A stretch of 24,000 nt of DNA from Thermotogaceae bacterium (GTDB taxonomy: Bacteria > Thermotogota > Thermotogae > Thermotogales > Thermotogaceae): the NCBI GenBank assembly GCA_027065235.1, contig JAMOOR010000393.1, positions 1 through 24,000 on the forward strand. Reading direction: 5' to 3'. The stretch's first letter is position 1. Every line of letters begins with the position of its first letter. Below are positions 6,922-16,834 of this stretch, in pieces. A program made the translations under genes and the position numbers. The notes beneath the pieces were generated by a model that had not been told where the DNA came from, ran no database searches, and was given only the letters and a program-made list of their open reading frames with translations.

Positions 6922-8097
6922 TTATTTTTCTATCTGTTCTTTTATCTTCCTAACCGCATTTTTCATAGCTTCTTCAGGAGTCGCTTTCCCATTTATTATA
7001 AGACTTAGAGCATCTCCCATGGCTCCCCATACGGCTCCCATTTGTGGCACATTTGGCATTGGTATACCGTTCTTTGCACTGTTTGTGAACCCAACAACAT
7101 CAGGATTATCTTTAACAAGGTCCAAGACGTCTTTTCTGGATGGAAGTCTCGGATCTGCAAGATAGAGTTTGTACATGGTATCTTTACTCGCTATGAATCT
7201 TAAGAGGAAGTCCATGGCTATCTCCTTGTTGGGGGACTTTGAGTTAACCATGAACCCCTGTACACCAACAAACGGTCTTGCAGGTTTTCCTGGCTGCAGT
7301 TCTGGGATTGGGACAACACCGTAGTCGATTCCTGCATCCTTATAAGCTTTAACAGCCCATGGCCCATTGATTATCATAGCAGCAGAATCATCTTTGAAGA
7401 GCGAATCCATTACACCGTAATTATCTCCACTTTGGAGAATTCCCTCATCATAGAATCTCTTAATTAAAGCAGCTCCTTTTATAGCCCCTTCGTTGTCAAG
7501 CCCTATGTCATGAACATCCAATCCTTTTGGTGTGTTCTTAAAGACATATCCTCCATATCCGAAAATAAAAGGAGCAGAGAAATAGAAATTTGCTGCGTCG
7601 TATACAAAACCTCTAACCTCTCCCTCATATTCCTCATCGATCTGTTTTGCCATCTCAATGAGTTCATCAATCGTCTTTGGAGGATTTTCTACATAAGACT
7701 TGTTGTATATAAGCGCAATAGCTTCCATTGCATAAGGAACTCCATATAGTTTCCCGTTGAATGTAAAAGCATCAAGAGCTGTCTGGTAATACTCCTTTTT
7801 GTCTGCAAGATAACTGATGGGTTCCAGTAGCCCATTTACAACAAGCTCTCCCACCCAATCATGAGGTCCTATTATAATGTCTGGCCCTTCTCCAGCTTGA
7901 GCTGAATTGAGGAATTTTGGCTTTATAGAGTTGAAATCAACCTGTTGAACCTCAACGTCGACACCTGTCTTGGCTTTGTAATCCTGCCCCAATTTTTGGA
8001 GGATATCCACTTGTTTCTCCGAACACCAAATGGTAATCTTGGTAGAAAAGGCAAAAACAACCAAAACGCTTAAAATTACCACTAAGAGCTTCCTCAC
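6922..8097 (-). CDS. malE: Maltose/maltodextrin ABC transporter substrate-binding protein (MalE family)
   Basis: Signal peptide MRKLLVVILSVLVVFAFS. GEGPDIIIGPHDWVGELVVNGLLEPI and FNGKLYGVPYAMEAIALIYNK align with E. coli MalE ([47 protein letters not shown]). GTG start with GGAGG 8 nt upstream. Confidence 0.9.
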   Translation of the reverse strand: MRKLLVVILSVLVVFAFSTKITIWCSEKQVDILQKLGQDYKAKTGVDVEVQQVDFNSIKPKFLNSAQAGEGPDIIIGPHDWVGELVVNGLLEPISYLADKKEYYQTALDAFTFNGKLYGVPYAMEAIALIYNKSYVENPPKTIDELIEMAKQIDEEYEGEVRGFVYDAANFYFSAPFIFGYGGYVFKNTPKGLDVHDIGLDNEGAIKGAALIKRFYDEGILQSGDNYGVMDSLFKDDSAAMIINGPWAVKAYKDAGIDYGVVPIPELQPGKPARPFVGVQGFMVNSKSPNKEIAMDFLLRFIASKDTMYKLYLADPRLPSRKDVLDLVKDNPDVVGFTNSAKNGIPMPNVPQMGAVWGAMGDALSLIINGKATPEEAMKNAVRKIKEQIEK

Positions 8098-8183
8098 AAT
8101 CTTTCCCTCCTTTTTTAATTTTCAAATACAGCACCATAAGAGATTTTACAATAAATTATATTTAACTTACAAAATAAATATGT

Positions 8184-8197
8184 GAGAATCAATTCTC
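8184..8197. promoter_or_regulatory. 14-bp palindrome GAGAAT-CA-ATTCTC upstream of malE and downstream of the MFS gene
   Basis: Perfect 6-bp inverted arms read directly. It lies ~90 bp upstream of the malE start and 36 bp after the MFS stop. It could be an operator or a weak AT-rich hairpin. Confidence 0.3.
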
Positions 8198-8232
8198 TTA
8201 CAAATTCAATTTATCGGCATCTGAATCTCATT

Positions 8233-9450
8233 TCATTTGAGCTTTAAGAGAAAGTATAGGGAAAGCATAACAGCACCTGCGAATGCTAATCCTCCACCCA
8301 CTCCGGTGATGTCTGCAAGATATCCAACGAGTGGTGCCATCGAGGCTTTAAATATAGTCTTTATCTGAGATTCAACAGAAAGAGTGGATGTTAAGGCGGA
8401 GGAAGGAGCTCTCTCGCTTATGTAAGCAACCATAAGGGGTTTCCTTAAATTTTGAAGAACATAGATAATCACAAGAAAAATAGCTGATAGAACAGATAGT
8501 TTGAAGCTCATAAACACTCCTGAAAGTAAAATCGAGAGAGCTGCAAAAAGGAATATAGAATTAGCAGCAAATTCTATGCTTTTAACCTTTTTTACAAATT
8601 TTCCTGAGTTTCTCGAGGCAGAGCTAGTCATAAGATATACAAAGAAATACACTATTCCAACAACTATTGCCGTTCTCTGGTAACCACTCATGCTAAGGAA
8701 AATCGGCAAAGAAAGAGCCAATGTCTTGAGTATTGGCTGGAGGTAGGATTTGGATATTCCGAATGATCCATCAAATATAGCACTGTTTATTATGGGTTTT
8801 AAAACTTTCCAATTTTTGAATATGGATATGAAATCAAGGAGTGCTTTCTTCTTGGATTTTTTCTTCGAAGCAACTTCTCCTTCGAGATATTTTGGATAGG
8901 TTGCAAGGTTTATGAGGTTCAATGTGTAGGGAATAAGGGCAAATAGAAAAACGTTTTTGTAATTTTTAGTGAATATCACAACTACTGCCGACAAAATAGC
9001 GTTGAAGGCTGAACCAAGCTGGGAAAATGAACGCGTAGCACCATAGTATTCTACTTTTAAATCGTACATGTTGTTTATCTTCAGATACTCATAGATCATA
9101 GATTTATGTGTTCCCGTTCTGAATGTATCTCCCAGAGCGATTAGAACCATACCAAGGGATAACATCCAAAAGTGTTGGAAGAAATAGAAAATCAAAAATG
9201 CAACGATATAGGAGAACATAGAAAATACCATCGATTTTCTTCTTCCATATAAATCAGCGACTATACCTGTTGGGATCTCTAAAATATAAGTAGAGATCTC
9301 GGATATTGAAAAAAGAAACCCTATTTGGAGGAAAGAAAGTCCAAGCGATCTGAAGTAAAGTATAAAGAATGGCTCATAAAAATTAAGATTTTTTAAAAAA
9401 CCATAAGCTGCAAATCTGACAAATTGAAAATCTTTTTTAAAGCTCGCCAT
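8233..9450 (-). CDS. Major facilitator superfamily transporter
   Basis: 405 aa with ~12 hydrophobic segments. MFS motif A-like GIVADLYGRRKS lies after TM2. Confidence 0.75.
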   Translation of the reverse strand: MASFKKDFQFVRFAAYGFLKNLNFYEPFFILYFRSLGLSFLQIGFLFSISEISTYILEIPTGIVADLYGRRKSMVFSMFSYIVAFLIFYFFQHFWMLSLGMVLIALGDTFRTGTHKSMIYEYLKINNMYDLKVEYYGATRSFSQLGSAFNAILSAVVVIFTKNYKNVFLFALIPYTLNLINLATYPKYLEGEVASKKKSKKKALLDFISIFKNWKVLKPIINSAIFDGSFGISKSYLQPILKTLALSLPIFLSMSGYQRTAIVVGIVYFFVYLMTSSASRNSGKFVKKVKSIEFAANSIFLFAALSILLSGVFMSFKLSVLSAIFLVIIYVLQNLRKPLMVAYISERAPSSALTSTLSVESQIKTIFKASMAPLVGYLADITGVGGGLAFAGAVMLSLYFLLKLK

Positions 9451-9453
9451 CCC

Positions 9454-10332
9454 TTATTCCGTCTCACCCCTAAATCTTTCCAAACCTATACCTACCATTC
9501 CCGGCGCAACATGTTTTGTAATAACCTTGCCCGTTAGTGCCCTATCAAAAAACACAACATCAAATTTTTCCTTAACTGCATTTGCTACCATTTCCGCTTC
9601 ATCGTCAGCTCCAGCTGTGATGGAAATGTAGTTCACCTTTTCTCCATCCTTGAAGCCCAATTCACTAAGTTTTGAGAGAAGCATCTTTATAGCTTTGTTG
9701 ACTCCTCTTGCCTTTCCAAAAGGTTCCATCGTTCCATCTTGTTTTATGTAAACCCCAACTTTCATTTTAAGCATACTGCCAAGAAAACCCTGAAATTTGT
9801 TTATTCTTCCACCTTTTACGAGGTAATCAAAATTTGATACATAGAAAACGGCTTGGTAATCTCCATTATCGAATCGCTCTTTTAGTATTTTCATGATCTC
9901 TTGACTGTCTTTTCCCTGATTTGCCAAAAGCCTTGCAGTCCTTGCTATAAGAGCAACTATCGAGGATGCTCTGAGAGTGTCAAAAACGTAGACGGGTATT
10001 TCCACCTCTTTCGCTGCAAGCGTTGCACTGTTGAATGTACCTGACATCTGAGTAGATATCGTTATAACAAGTATTTCATCGTAACCTTTTTCCATTATTT
10101 CTTTATACTTTTCAATGAAGTCAGGAACTGTTGGCTGGGAAGTATCCGGTATCTCTCCAATGTCTAAAAGCCTTTGATAGAACTTTCTTTTTTCCTCATC
10201 AAGCCATGTGTCCTTCTCTTGGGATCCATCCGGCCATATTATGTACAGAGGTACTACATCAATATCGTATTTTTCGAGGAAGTGTTCCGGAAGGTCTGCT
10301 GTGCTATCGACTATAATTTTTATCTTTCTCAT
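9454..10332 (-). CDS. DegV-family fatty-acid-binding protein
   Basis: KIIVDSTADLP N-terminus and ~290 aa with overall DegV pattern. The ATG overlaps the glk stop (ATGA). Confidence 0.85.
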   Translation of the reverse strand: MRKIKIIVDSTADLPEHFLEKYDIDVVPLYIIWPDGSQEKDTWLDEEKRKFYQRLLDIGEIPDTSQPTVPDFIEKYKEIMEKGYDEILVITISTQMSGTFNSATLAAKEVEIPVYVFDTLRASSIVALIARTARLLANQGKDSQEIMKILKERFDNGDYQAVFYVSNFDYLVKGGRINKFQGFLGSMLKMKVGVYIKQDGTMEPFGKARGVNKAIKMLLSKLSELGFKDGEKVNYISITAGADDEAEMVANAVKEKFDVVFFDRALTGKVITKHVAPGMVGIGLERFRGETE

Positions 10333-11258
10333 CTTTTCACCTCCAATCTTTCAAGTGCCACTGATGCCGCTCCCAAAACCCCAGAATCATCAAGAAGCTT
10401 ACTTATAACAATTTCGTAAGTCCCTTCAAAACTTGGCATAACTCTGCTTTTAACTACTCTTTTCAATGGTTCAAGTATTATGTCTCCAGCTCTTGACACT
10501 CCTCCTCCAAGTATAACAATTTCTGGGTTGAATATATGTATAAATCCGGCTATGGCTATTCCCAAAGCTTCCACCATTCTATCTCTAACCCTAAGCGCAA
10601 GTTCATCTCCTTTCTTTGCAGCATCCATCACAACTTTTGCGGTTATTTCATCAGATTTGAATATCAAAGAACTTGGATACTTCTTTCTTCCTTCATTCGC
10701 CATACGAACAATAGCCGTAGCAGAAGCGAGTGCTTCTAAACATCCGTAATTCCCGCATCCACATATCGGTCCATTCGGCATAACAGTCACATGACCAAGC
10801 TCTGCACCAATACCAAGATGGCCTTTTAAAAGTATCCCGTGGGTAATGACTCCCCCTCCAACACCTGTTCCCAGAGTCAATGCCACTATGTGGCTTTTAC
10901 CCTTTCCATCTCCAAACCATTTCTCTCCAAGAACAAAGGAATTTGCATCATTCTCTACATAGGTTTTAAGCCCTGTCCTTTCCTCTATCATTTTCGCAAG
11001 GGGAACTTCTTTCCAATCAGGAAGGTTTGGAGAAAACCGCACAACACCATCATATATGGAGCCTGGTGAGCCAACACCCACAGCAACTGCATCACTTTTT
11101 ATTTCATTGATTACATCAGATATCCTTTCTATAACCCTTTTATATCCTTCATGAGCCTTTGTGCTGATCTGAACTTTATTAACGATGTCGCCCCTTTCTG
11201 AATCTACAAGTCCTATCGTCGTTGTGGTACCACCAAGATCAACCCCTACAACCCTCAC
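10329..11258 (-). CDS. glk: ROK-family glucokinase
   Basis: VGVDLGGTTT ATPase motif, ROK zinc motif CGCGNYGCLEA and GIGAELGH. The GTG start overlaps the nrnA stop (GTGA). Confidence 0.85.
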   Translation of the reverse strand: MRVVGVDLGGTTTTIGLVDSERGDIVNKVQISTKAHEGYKRVIERISDVINEIKSDAVAVGVGSPGSIYDGVVRFSPNLPDWKEVPLAKMIEERTGLKTYVENDANSFVLGEKWFGDGKGKSHIVALTLGTGVGGGVITHGILLKGHLGIGAELGHVTVMPNGPICGCGNYGCLEALASATAIVRMANEGRKKYPSSLIFKSDEITAKVVMDAAKKGDELALRVRDRMVEALGIAIAGFIHIFNPEIVILGGGVSRAGDIILEPLKRVVKSRVMPSFEGTYEIVISKLLDDSGVLGAASVALERLEVKR

Positions 11259-12235
11259 TTTACTCCCACCTCTTGCTGCAATTTTTCAACCAGTTTCGGA
11301 ACTACCATATCGATCACTTCTTGAACACTCTTTCCTTCTATGCTGGCTCCTGCAGCCCTTTTGTGACCCCCACCGCCTATGCTTTTTGCAAATTCTGCCA
11401 AATCGAACCATTCCCTGCTTCTCATAGAAACATGCACATGCTTCGGCTCAACTTCCATAAACATAACTGCAACTTCTACACCTCTTATACTTCTCAATTC
11501 ACTTACGAATCCGGAACTATCATCCGAAGTGCAATTGTGCTTTTTGTACATCTCTTGGGTTATATAAGAATATACCAAAAGCCCGTCCGCTTCCATCTTC
11601 ATTTTGTCTAAAACTTCTGAAAACAGTTTGAACTGTTCAAGTCTTTTGTTTTCAAGAATCATTCTTGATATTACATATGGTTTTCCCCCTCTTTCCACAA
11701 GCTTTGTAGCATCTTTAAAAGCCCTAACATCAGCATTTGGATACCTTAAAAAACCCGTGTCCGTCAATATTCCCATGAGGTTTAAAGTGGCAAGTTTTTC
11801 GTCATACTCAGCTCCCAGCTTTTCCAGTATTCTCAGTACCATCTGAGCACAAGCTCCAAAGGTGGAATCAACCCAGCTATAATCGGTGAATTTCTGATGA
11901 GTTTGGTGGTGATCAACAACCGCCGTTTTGACTTTCTCAACAAGTTCTGCAAACCTACCTATCCTGTCAGGTGAGGATACATCGACTATCAACATAAGAT
12001 CCGGTTTAAAACCACTCTCAATGAAACCATCATAGTCTACTATATCTTTAACCTCTTCAAGCTCTTCGAAAATCCAAGGAATATTCCAGTCAATGGCCGG
12101 CATAACCTCTTTACCCATACGCTTTAAAGCCGTGTACATTGACAAAACAGAAGAAATATCATCACCATCCGGCATTATATGGCCAACAACAAGAACCTTG
12201 TTTGCCTCTTTCAATGCTTTAACTATCTCTTCCAT
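11255..12235 (-). CDS. nrnA: DHH/DHHA1 phosphoesterase (NrnA-type oligoribonuclease / pAp phosphatase)
   Basis: GHIMPDGDDISS, VVDHHQT and GGGGHKRAAG motifs. SD GGAGG lies 7 nt upstream of the ATG. Confidence 0.85.
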   Translation of the reverse strand: MEEIVKALKEANKVLVVGHIMPDGDDISSVLSMYTALKRMGKEVMPAIDWNIPWIFEELEEVKDIVDYDGFIESGFKPDLMLIVDVSSPDRIGRFAELVEKVKTAVVDHHQTHQKFTDYSWVDSTFGACAQMVLRILEKLGAEYDEKLATLNLMGILTDTGFLRYPNADVRAFKDATKLVERGGKPYVISRMILENKRLEQFKLFSEVLDKMKMEADGLLVYSYITQEMYKKHNCTSDDSSGFVSELRSIRGVEVAVMFMEVEPKHVHVSMRSREWFDLAEFAKSIGGGGHKRAAGASIEGKSVQEVIDMVVPKLVEKLQQEVGVK

Positions 12236-12276
12236 TATTATGCCTCCTTAACTATAAATTTTAACAAGAAATTATA

Positions 12277-15200
12277 TCACTTCTTTTTTATGTTGATGGC
12301 ATCTTTGTAAATAGATCTCAAAGCTTCTGTATAGTCAACTTCTGCTTTTTCCACCTTATCCATCATTTCCTCAAGTTTTCTTGTAGTCTTATCAGTGACA
12401 AACTTCGTGTAATTTTCCTTTAGAAATCTATAAACCTTTCTTCCCAAAGCAGTTGGCCAAAGTCTGCTGTATTTGTCTTCCTTCACATATCCCCTTTTGA
12501 AGAGTATTTCTATGATTTTAGCATAGGTAGAGGGCCTTCCGATCTTTCTGTTTTTCATCTCCTCTATTATCTTTGCCTGAGTGTACAAAGGGACGGTATG
12601 TTTCTTGTAATGCTTTATATCTTCAACTTCTATCCATCCAGCTTTATAGCAGAACGTTTCCACAGGTTTTATAAGATTCCATCCGCCCTCTATTATCTCT
12701 TTGATAACCTCATCTTCAATTTGGGTATTGCCAAATTGCAGGGTTACCTTTTGCTTTTTAACCTTCACAGCCTTTGCTTGACTTTGAAGAAATCTTTCAT
12801 AAATCATTTTGTATACGTTTATGTGTTTTCTGGTTATGCCTTTCAAAATTCCCTCGTAAACCATCTCTTCTATTTCATCAGGTGACACAGCTTTTGCGGG
12901 TCTTATAGCTTCGTGGGCTCCTTCACCACCACTGGTCCAGTCTCTTCCTCTATATATATCCGACAACTTCAACCTTTCAAAGATCCTTTTTGCAATAACC
13001 TTTCCCACATCAGATATCCTTGTAGAATCCGTCCTATGGTAGGTTATGAATCCATACTCGAAAAGTTCCTGAAGGATATTCATTATCTCAACAGCAGAAT
13101 ACCTGTACCTTGATGATATCTCAGTGAGGACGGAATCCGTCGTATAGGGAGGCAAAGGATTTAGTGTATCCTCAAACTCTTCTTTTATGTCTACAAAAAC
13201 TCTTCTCTCTTCTATCTTTCCCTCAACTTCAATTTTTCTTCCATTTATTATAAAACTCGTGAACTGCTTTTCACTGTCTTTATATTCTTTTTCTCTTTCT
13301 ACAATCCAGCCAAGTACCGTACTCTGAACCCTACCTGCAGACAATTGTTTATTCTTGAACCTCTGCTGTACAACTTGGGACAGTTCAAATCCAACCCATC
13401 TGTCCTGAATCCTTCTTACAACCTGGGCTTCAACAAGATTTTCATCGTAGCTTCTTGGAGATTGGAACCTTTTTTTAAACTCCTGCCTGGTTATCTCATG
13501 AAGTTCCACTCTCTTTACATTCTCATTAACAGGCTTTAGATACTGGATAACATCGTAGGAAATTTTTTCTCCCTCCGTGTCTGGATCTGTGGCTACAAAA
13601 ACTTCATCTACTTCCAAAGCTATGTCTCTCAAACTCTTCACAGCATCTGTTTTATCATCTATATCCTCTGATCCGCATCTTGGACAAACAGAACTTTCAG
13701 TTGTGAATTGATACCCGCAGCTTCTGCACCTTTTAATTGTTGTATAAACCGGTGTGAAAGTTCCGTCCACCTTAACCCCATGAAATCCTTCATCCGTTAC
13801 TAAATCATAAACATGACCTCTTGTTGCAGTGAAGATAACAATATTTCCATCATAGACTGACTCGTATGCGATAATTCCCTCGTACTTCCTTGAAGAAGAT
13901 CTACCAAAAAACGATGAGATGGTAGCAGCCTTTGTGGGTGATTCTACGATGAAGAGAACGGACTTAAAGTCGATTTTTTCTGCACTCTCATTCTGTCTTG
14001 TCATAACGACTTCTTCCATTTCTTTGTCCCAATCTACTTCTTCAAAATCTTTCCAATCCTCTTCAACGAGCCATTCCAATCTTTCCTTCAAAATTTCAAA
14101 AAGTTTATCGTTGTCTTCAAGAAGTACTGAAATCCCTTTAGTCAATCCTCCTTTTGCGAACCTTGACGCTCTTCCAGAACCTTGGATATATGTAAGCACA
14201 TCGGGTATTAAAACTTTATTATCCTTTATCTCAAACTTTGAAAACACCTCTTTTGCTTTCTCAAGCCATTCTTTATCATCTATTGGGAGCTTCTTTCTAA
14301 ATTCATCTATATCTTTCACTTTATCGGCGGAGTAAAACAACTTTCTAAAAGTATCCCCTCTATCTAAAAACTCCCTCAAAACCTTCTTTATTACAAATTT
14401 TGAAGCCTTCTCCTTTTCCAAACTGAATTCAAAATGGGGAGTTCCATAAAATACAACCGCCTTTACCCTCTCTGGCATGTCTATTCCTCTAACCAGCTTT
14501 CCGTAATAGCTGCTTACCCCTGCAACTACACTTATTTTCCCTTCTTTAAACTCGTCCATCACCCTTTCTTCAGAGGAAAGAACACTTTCTATGCTGTATC
14601 CTTCTTCTTTGAGTTTCTTTACAACTTCTGACAGCTCATCTTTTGTGTTAAAAAATACAATCACACCGTCTTTTAAAATATCAAGAATTTCTTTAAGGCT
14701 TTCAAAATCTTTCGACTTGATCCTAACGTTGGTTATATTCCTACTACTTACAACAAGACTGCCTATATCAAAGCCAAGAATTTCTCTAAACAGAAGGTGC
14801 CTTAATCCCTTCGGTTTTGCCGTAGCGGAAGAAACCACCAAGACCCCTGTCTTTTCTACATTTATCTTTTCTTTCCCTTTACCTAAGATATTCTTGTAAG
14901 CCCTTTCTATCGTTTTTTCATCAACACCAAGGAGCATCAAAATCCTGTCAATATTCTTCGAAGACTTAAGGATCGCATCAACATCATCTACAAATACGAA
15001 ATCAAATCTTTTATCCTTTAAATATTCAAAATTCCTTGAAATGAACTGCGTGGACACAACAAGGACACTGAAGTTACCCTCTTTTATTTTTTCAAGAACC
15101 TCTTTTTTCTCCTTTGATGACATTTTAGAGGTATATTTTAGAGAATCTTTCGAACCAAGGGACCTCAATCTATCATAAACCTGATCCACTAGAAGAACTG

Positions 15201-15591
15201 TTGGCAAGACTATCAAGGATCTCTTCTTCTTTTCTTCAAAATAAAGAGAAGTTAGGATGCCGAACGTAGTCTTCCCCATTCCGGTCGGTGCAATCGCTGT
15301 AAAACTCTTGTTTAAAAGCACCCTCTTAATCCATAACCTTTGAAAACCATTGGGTGGTGTCTTGAGTTTTTCTTCAAAAAAGCTCTCAACTTCCTTGTAT
15401 CTTTCCCTGAATTCATAAAGACGTTTATAATCCTTTATTTTGCCGCTACTTACCAGATATTCGTACACATTTACATTTAAATCTTCCTCTGGAAGACACA
15501 CCTTACATGGAAGCCCTTTCAAATTTCTAACATCTGTATTCTTGCCGCCACAATTTATACAGGAATGATGGAACTCCAAGCCTATAGCCAA
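12277..15591 (-). CDS. rgy: Reverse gyrase (helicase-like domain fused to type IA topoisomerase)
   Basis: 1104 aa. N-terminal Zn finger CINCGG...CKVC, helicase motifs APTGMGKTT / VDDVD, TOPRIM ESPTKA and DPDTEGE, internal Zn ribbon CRSCG...CPRCG, and catalytic Tyr context ITYHRTDS. Confidence 0.97.
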   Translation of the reverse strand: MAIGLEFHHSCINCGGKNTDVRNLKGLPCKVCLPEEDLNVNVYEYLVSSGKIKDYKRLYEFRERYKEVESFFEEKLKTPPNGFQRLWIKRVLLNKSFTAIAPTGMGKTTFGILTSLYFEEKKKRSLIVLPTVLLVDQVYDRLRSLGSKDSLKYTSKMSSKEKKEVLEKIKEGNFSVLVVSTQFISRNFEYLKDKRFDFVFVDDVDAILKSSKNIDRILMLLGVDEKTIERAYKNILGKGKEKINVEKTGVLVVSSATAKPKGLRHLLFREILGFDIGSLVVSSRNITNVRIKSKDFESLKEILDILKDGVIVFFNTKDELSEVVKKLKEEGYSIESVLSSEERVMDEFKEGKISVVAGVSSYYGKLVRGIDMPERVKAVVFYGTPHFEFSLEKEKASKFVIKKVLREFLDRGDTFRKLFYSADKVKDIDEFRKKLPIDDKEWLEKAKEVFSKFEIKDNKVLIPDVLTYIQGSGRASRFAKGGLTKGISVLLEDNDKLFEILKERLEWLVEEDWKDFEEVDWDKEMEEVVMTRQNESAEKIDFKSVLFIVESPTKAATISSFFGRSSSRKYEGIIAYESVYDGNIVIFTATRGHVYDLVTDEGFHGVKVDGTFTPVYTTIKRCRSCGYQFTTESSVCPRCGSEDIDDKTDAVKSLRDIALEVDEVFVATDPDTEGEKISYDVIQYLKPVNENVKRVELHEITRQEFKKRFQSPRSYDENLVEAQVVRRIQDRWVGFELSQVVQQRFKNKQLSAGRVQSTVLGWIVEREKEYKDSEKQFTSFIINGRKIEVEGKIEERRVFVDIKEEFEDTLNPLPPYTTDSVLTEISSRYRYSAVEIMNILQELFEYGFITYHRTDSTRISDVGKVIAKRIFERLKLSDIYRGRDWTSGGEGAHEAIRPAKAVSPDEIEEMVYEGILKGITRKHINVYKMIYERFLQSQAKAVKVKKQKVTLQFGNTQIEDEVIKEIIEGGWNLIKPVETFCYKAGWIEVEDIKHYKKHTVPLYTQAKIIEEMKNRKIGRPSTYAKIIEILFKRGYVKEDKYSRLWPTALGRKVYRFLKENYTKFVTDKTTRKLEEMMDKVEKAEVDYTEALRSIYKDAINIKKK

Positions 15592-15605
15592 GATTTCATC
15601 TCCTC

Positions 15606-16358
15606 TCAGCGGCTAAACATAATCACATCAAAGACGATGAGATAAACAAATGACACTATCGCTAAGACAACAAAAGCCATGCTTATTAAAAACCATATAG
15701 CTTCCTTTCTTTGATATTGATGCCACGGACTTGTCCAAAAATCTTTTTTAAAGATTTTTTTAATCATGTCTGGTATCGAAACATAATACGAATATCCACC
15801 AGCTGGTATGACTTTTCCAAGTAATAGCCCTGCTGCTAACCCCCCAATATGGGCAGCGTTGTTTATATGGCTTCCAGGTATGAATCCGTAGATAACATTG
15901 ATAAGAATCATGGGAAGCACACCCATAGCTAAAGATTTCATATAATGTGCGGTTTCTTCTTTGTAACCGGTTATAAAGAGGGCTCCCGCAAGACCAAATA
16001 TCGCTCCGCTGGCTCCAACAGATAAAGAGTTGTAATAGAAAATTTGAGTTGCGATGTTTCCAGCAATTCCTGACGCAAAGTATATGACCAGCATCTTCCA
16101 CTCACCATAAACCATTTCAATTATGTATCCAAGCTGATATAAAGCATACATGTTAAAGGCTATGTGCAAAATCCCACCATGGACAAACAGCGCTGTAACT
16201 ATCCTAAACCACTGTCCTTGGGAAACCAAAGGGCCGTATTGAGCACCGAAAACGAGATATTTATACGGACCAAACCTATTTCCGAAAAGCAGCATTGCAA
16301 GGTACAAAACTATGTTTACTATTATTAACGAAACGGTTATCTTCATATTTCTTCGCAC
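15606..16358 (-). CDS. Rhomboid-family intramembrane serine protease
   Basis: WFRIVTALFVHGGILHIAFNM, catalytic GASGAIFG and AAHIGGLAAG. The start is re-called to GTG 16358 (GGAGG 8 nt upstream) or ATG 16346, because the ORF-track extension to 16442 runs through the spoVS terminator. Confidence 0.85.
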   Translation of the reverse strand: MRRNMKITVSLIIVNIVLYLAMLLFGNRFGPYKYLVFGAQYGPLVSQGQWFRIVTALFVHGGILHIAFNMYALYQLGYIIEMVYGEWKMLVIYFASGIAGNIATQIFYYNSLSVGASGAIFGLAGALFITGYKEETAHYMKSLAMGVLPMILINVIYGFIPGSHINNAAHIGGLAAGLLLGKVIPAGGYSYYVSIPDMIKKIFKKDFWTSPWHQYQRKEAIWFLISMAFVVLAIVSFVYLIVFDVIMFSR

Positions 16359-16397
16359 ATTGAACCCCTCCAAAGAAACTTTCTTTAATAAAAACAA

Positions 16398-16420
16398 AAC
16401 CCCGCTAAAAGCGGGGCTTG
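16398..16420 (-). terminator. Intrinsic terminator after spoVS
   Basis: The minus strand reads CCCCGC-TTTTA-GCGGGG followed by TTTTGTTTTTATT. It begins ~20 nt after the spoVS stop. Confidence 0.85.
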
Positions 16421-16438
16421 TTTTTCTAAAAACCCATA

Positions 16439-16702
16439 TCACTCTCTTGGGAAAACGATAAACTTGATTCCTGTTTTCTTCTCGCCATCAATCTCAACAT
16501 CAGCAAAAGCTGGAACACAGACAAGATCGATACCACTCGGTGCAAGGTATCCCCTTGCAATTGCTATGGCCTTAATAGCCTGGTTAACAGCACCGGCACC
16601 AATGGCCTGAAGTTCAGCTTTACCATTTTCCCTAATAACTCCTGCGAGCGCTCCAGCTACCTTGTTAGGATTGGAGTTAGAAGCTACTTTTAAAACTTCC
16701 AT
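16439..16702 (-). CDS. spoVS: SpoVS-family protein
   Basis: 87 aa. MEVLKVASNSNPNKVAGALAGVIRE...QAIGAGAVNQAIKAIAIARGY.APSG.DL.C.PAF is almost colinear with Bacillus SpoVS as I recall it. Confidence 0.9.
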   Translation of the reverse strand: MEVLKVASNSNPNKVAGALAGVIRENGKAELQAIGAGAVNQAIKAIAIARGYLAPSGIDLVCVPAFADVEIDGEKKTGIKFIVFPRE

Positions 16703-16752
16703 GTTCTTACCCCCTTCGTTGTTATGATGTTATAGAGCATTCATTCCGCCGG

Positions 16753-16829
<77 letters not shown>

Positions 16830-16834
16830 CACCC

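Noticed and set aside
7510-15000. Antisense or alternative-frame ORFs inside malE, the MFS gene, degV, glk, nrnA and rgy (e.g. 7510-7749, 7952-8137, 8501-8683, 10131-10419, 10480-10749, 10839-11069, 11185-11611, 11604-11846, 12598-13539, 13919-14899)
   Set aside because: They are embedded in genes with unambiguous family motifs on the other strand or frame. They are shadow ORFs typical of AT-rich coding DNA.
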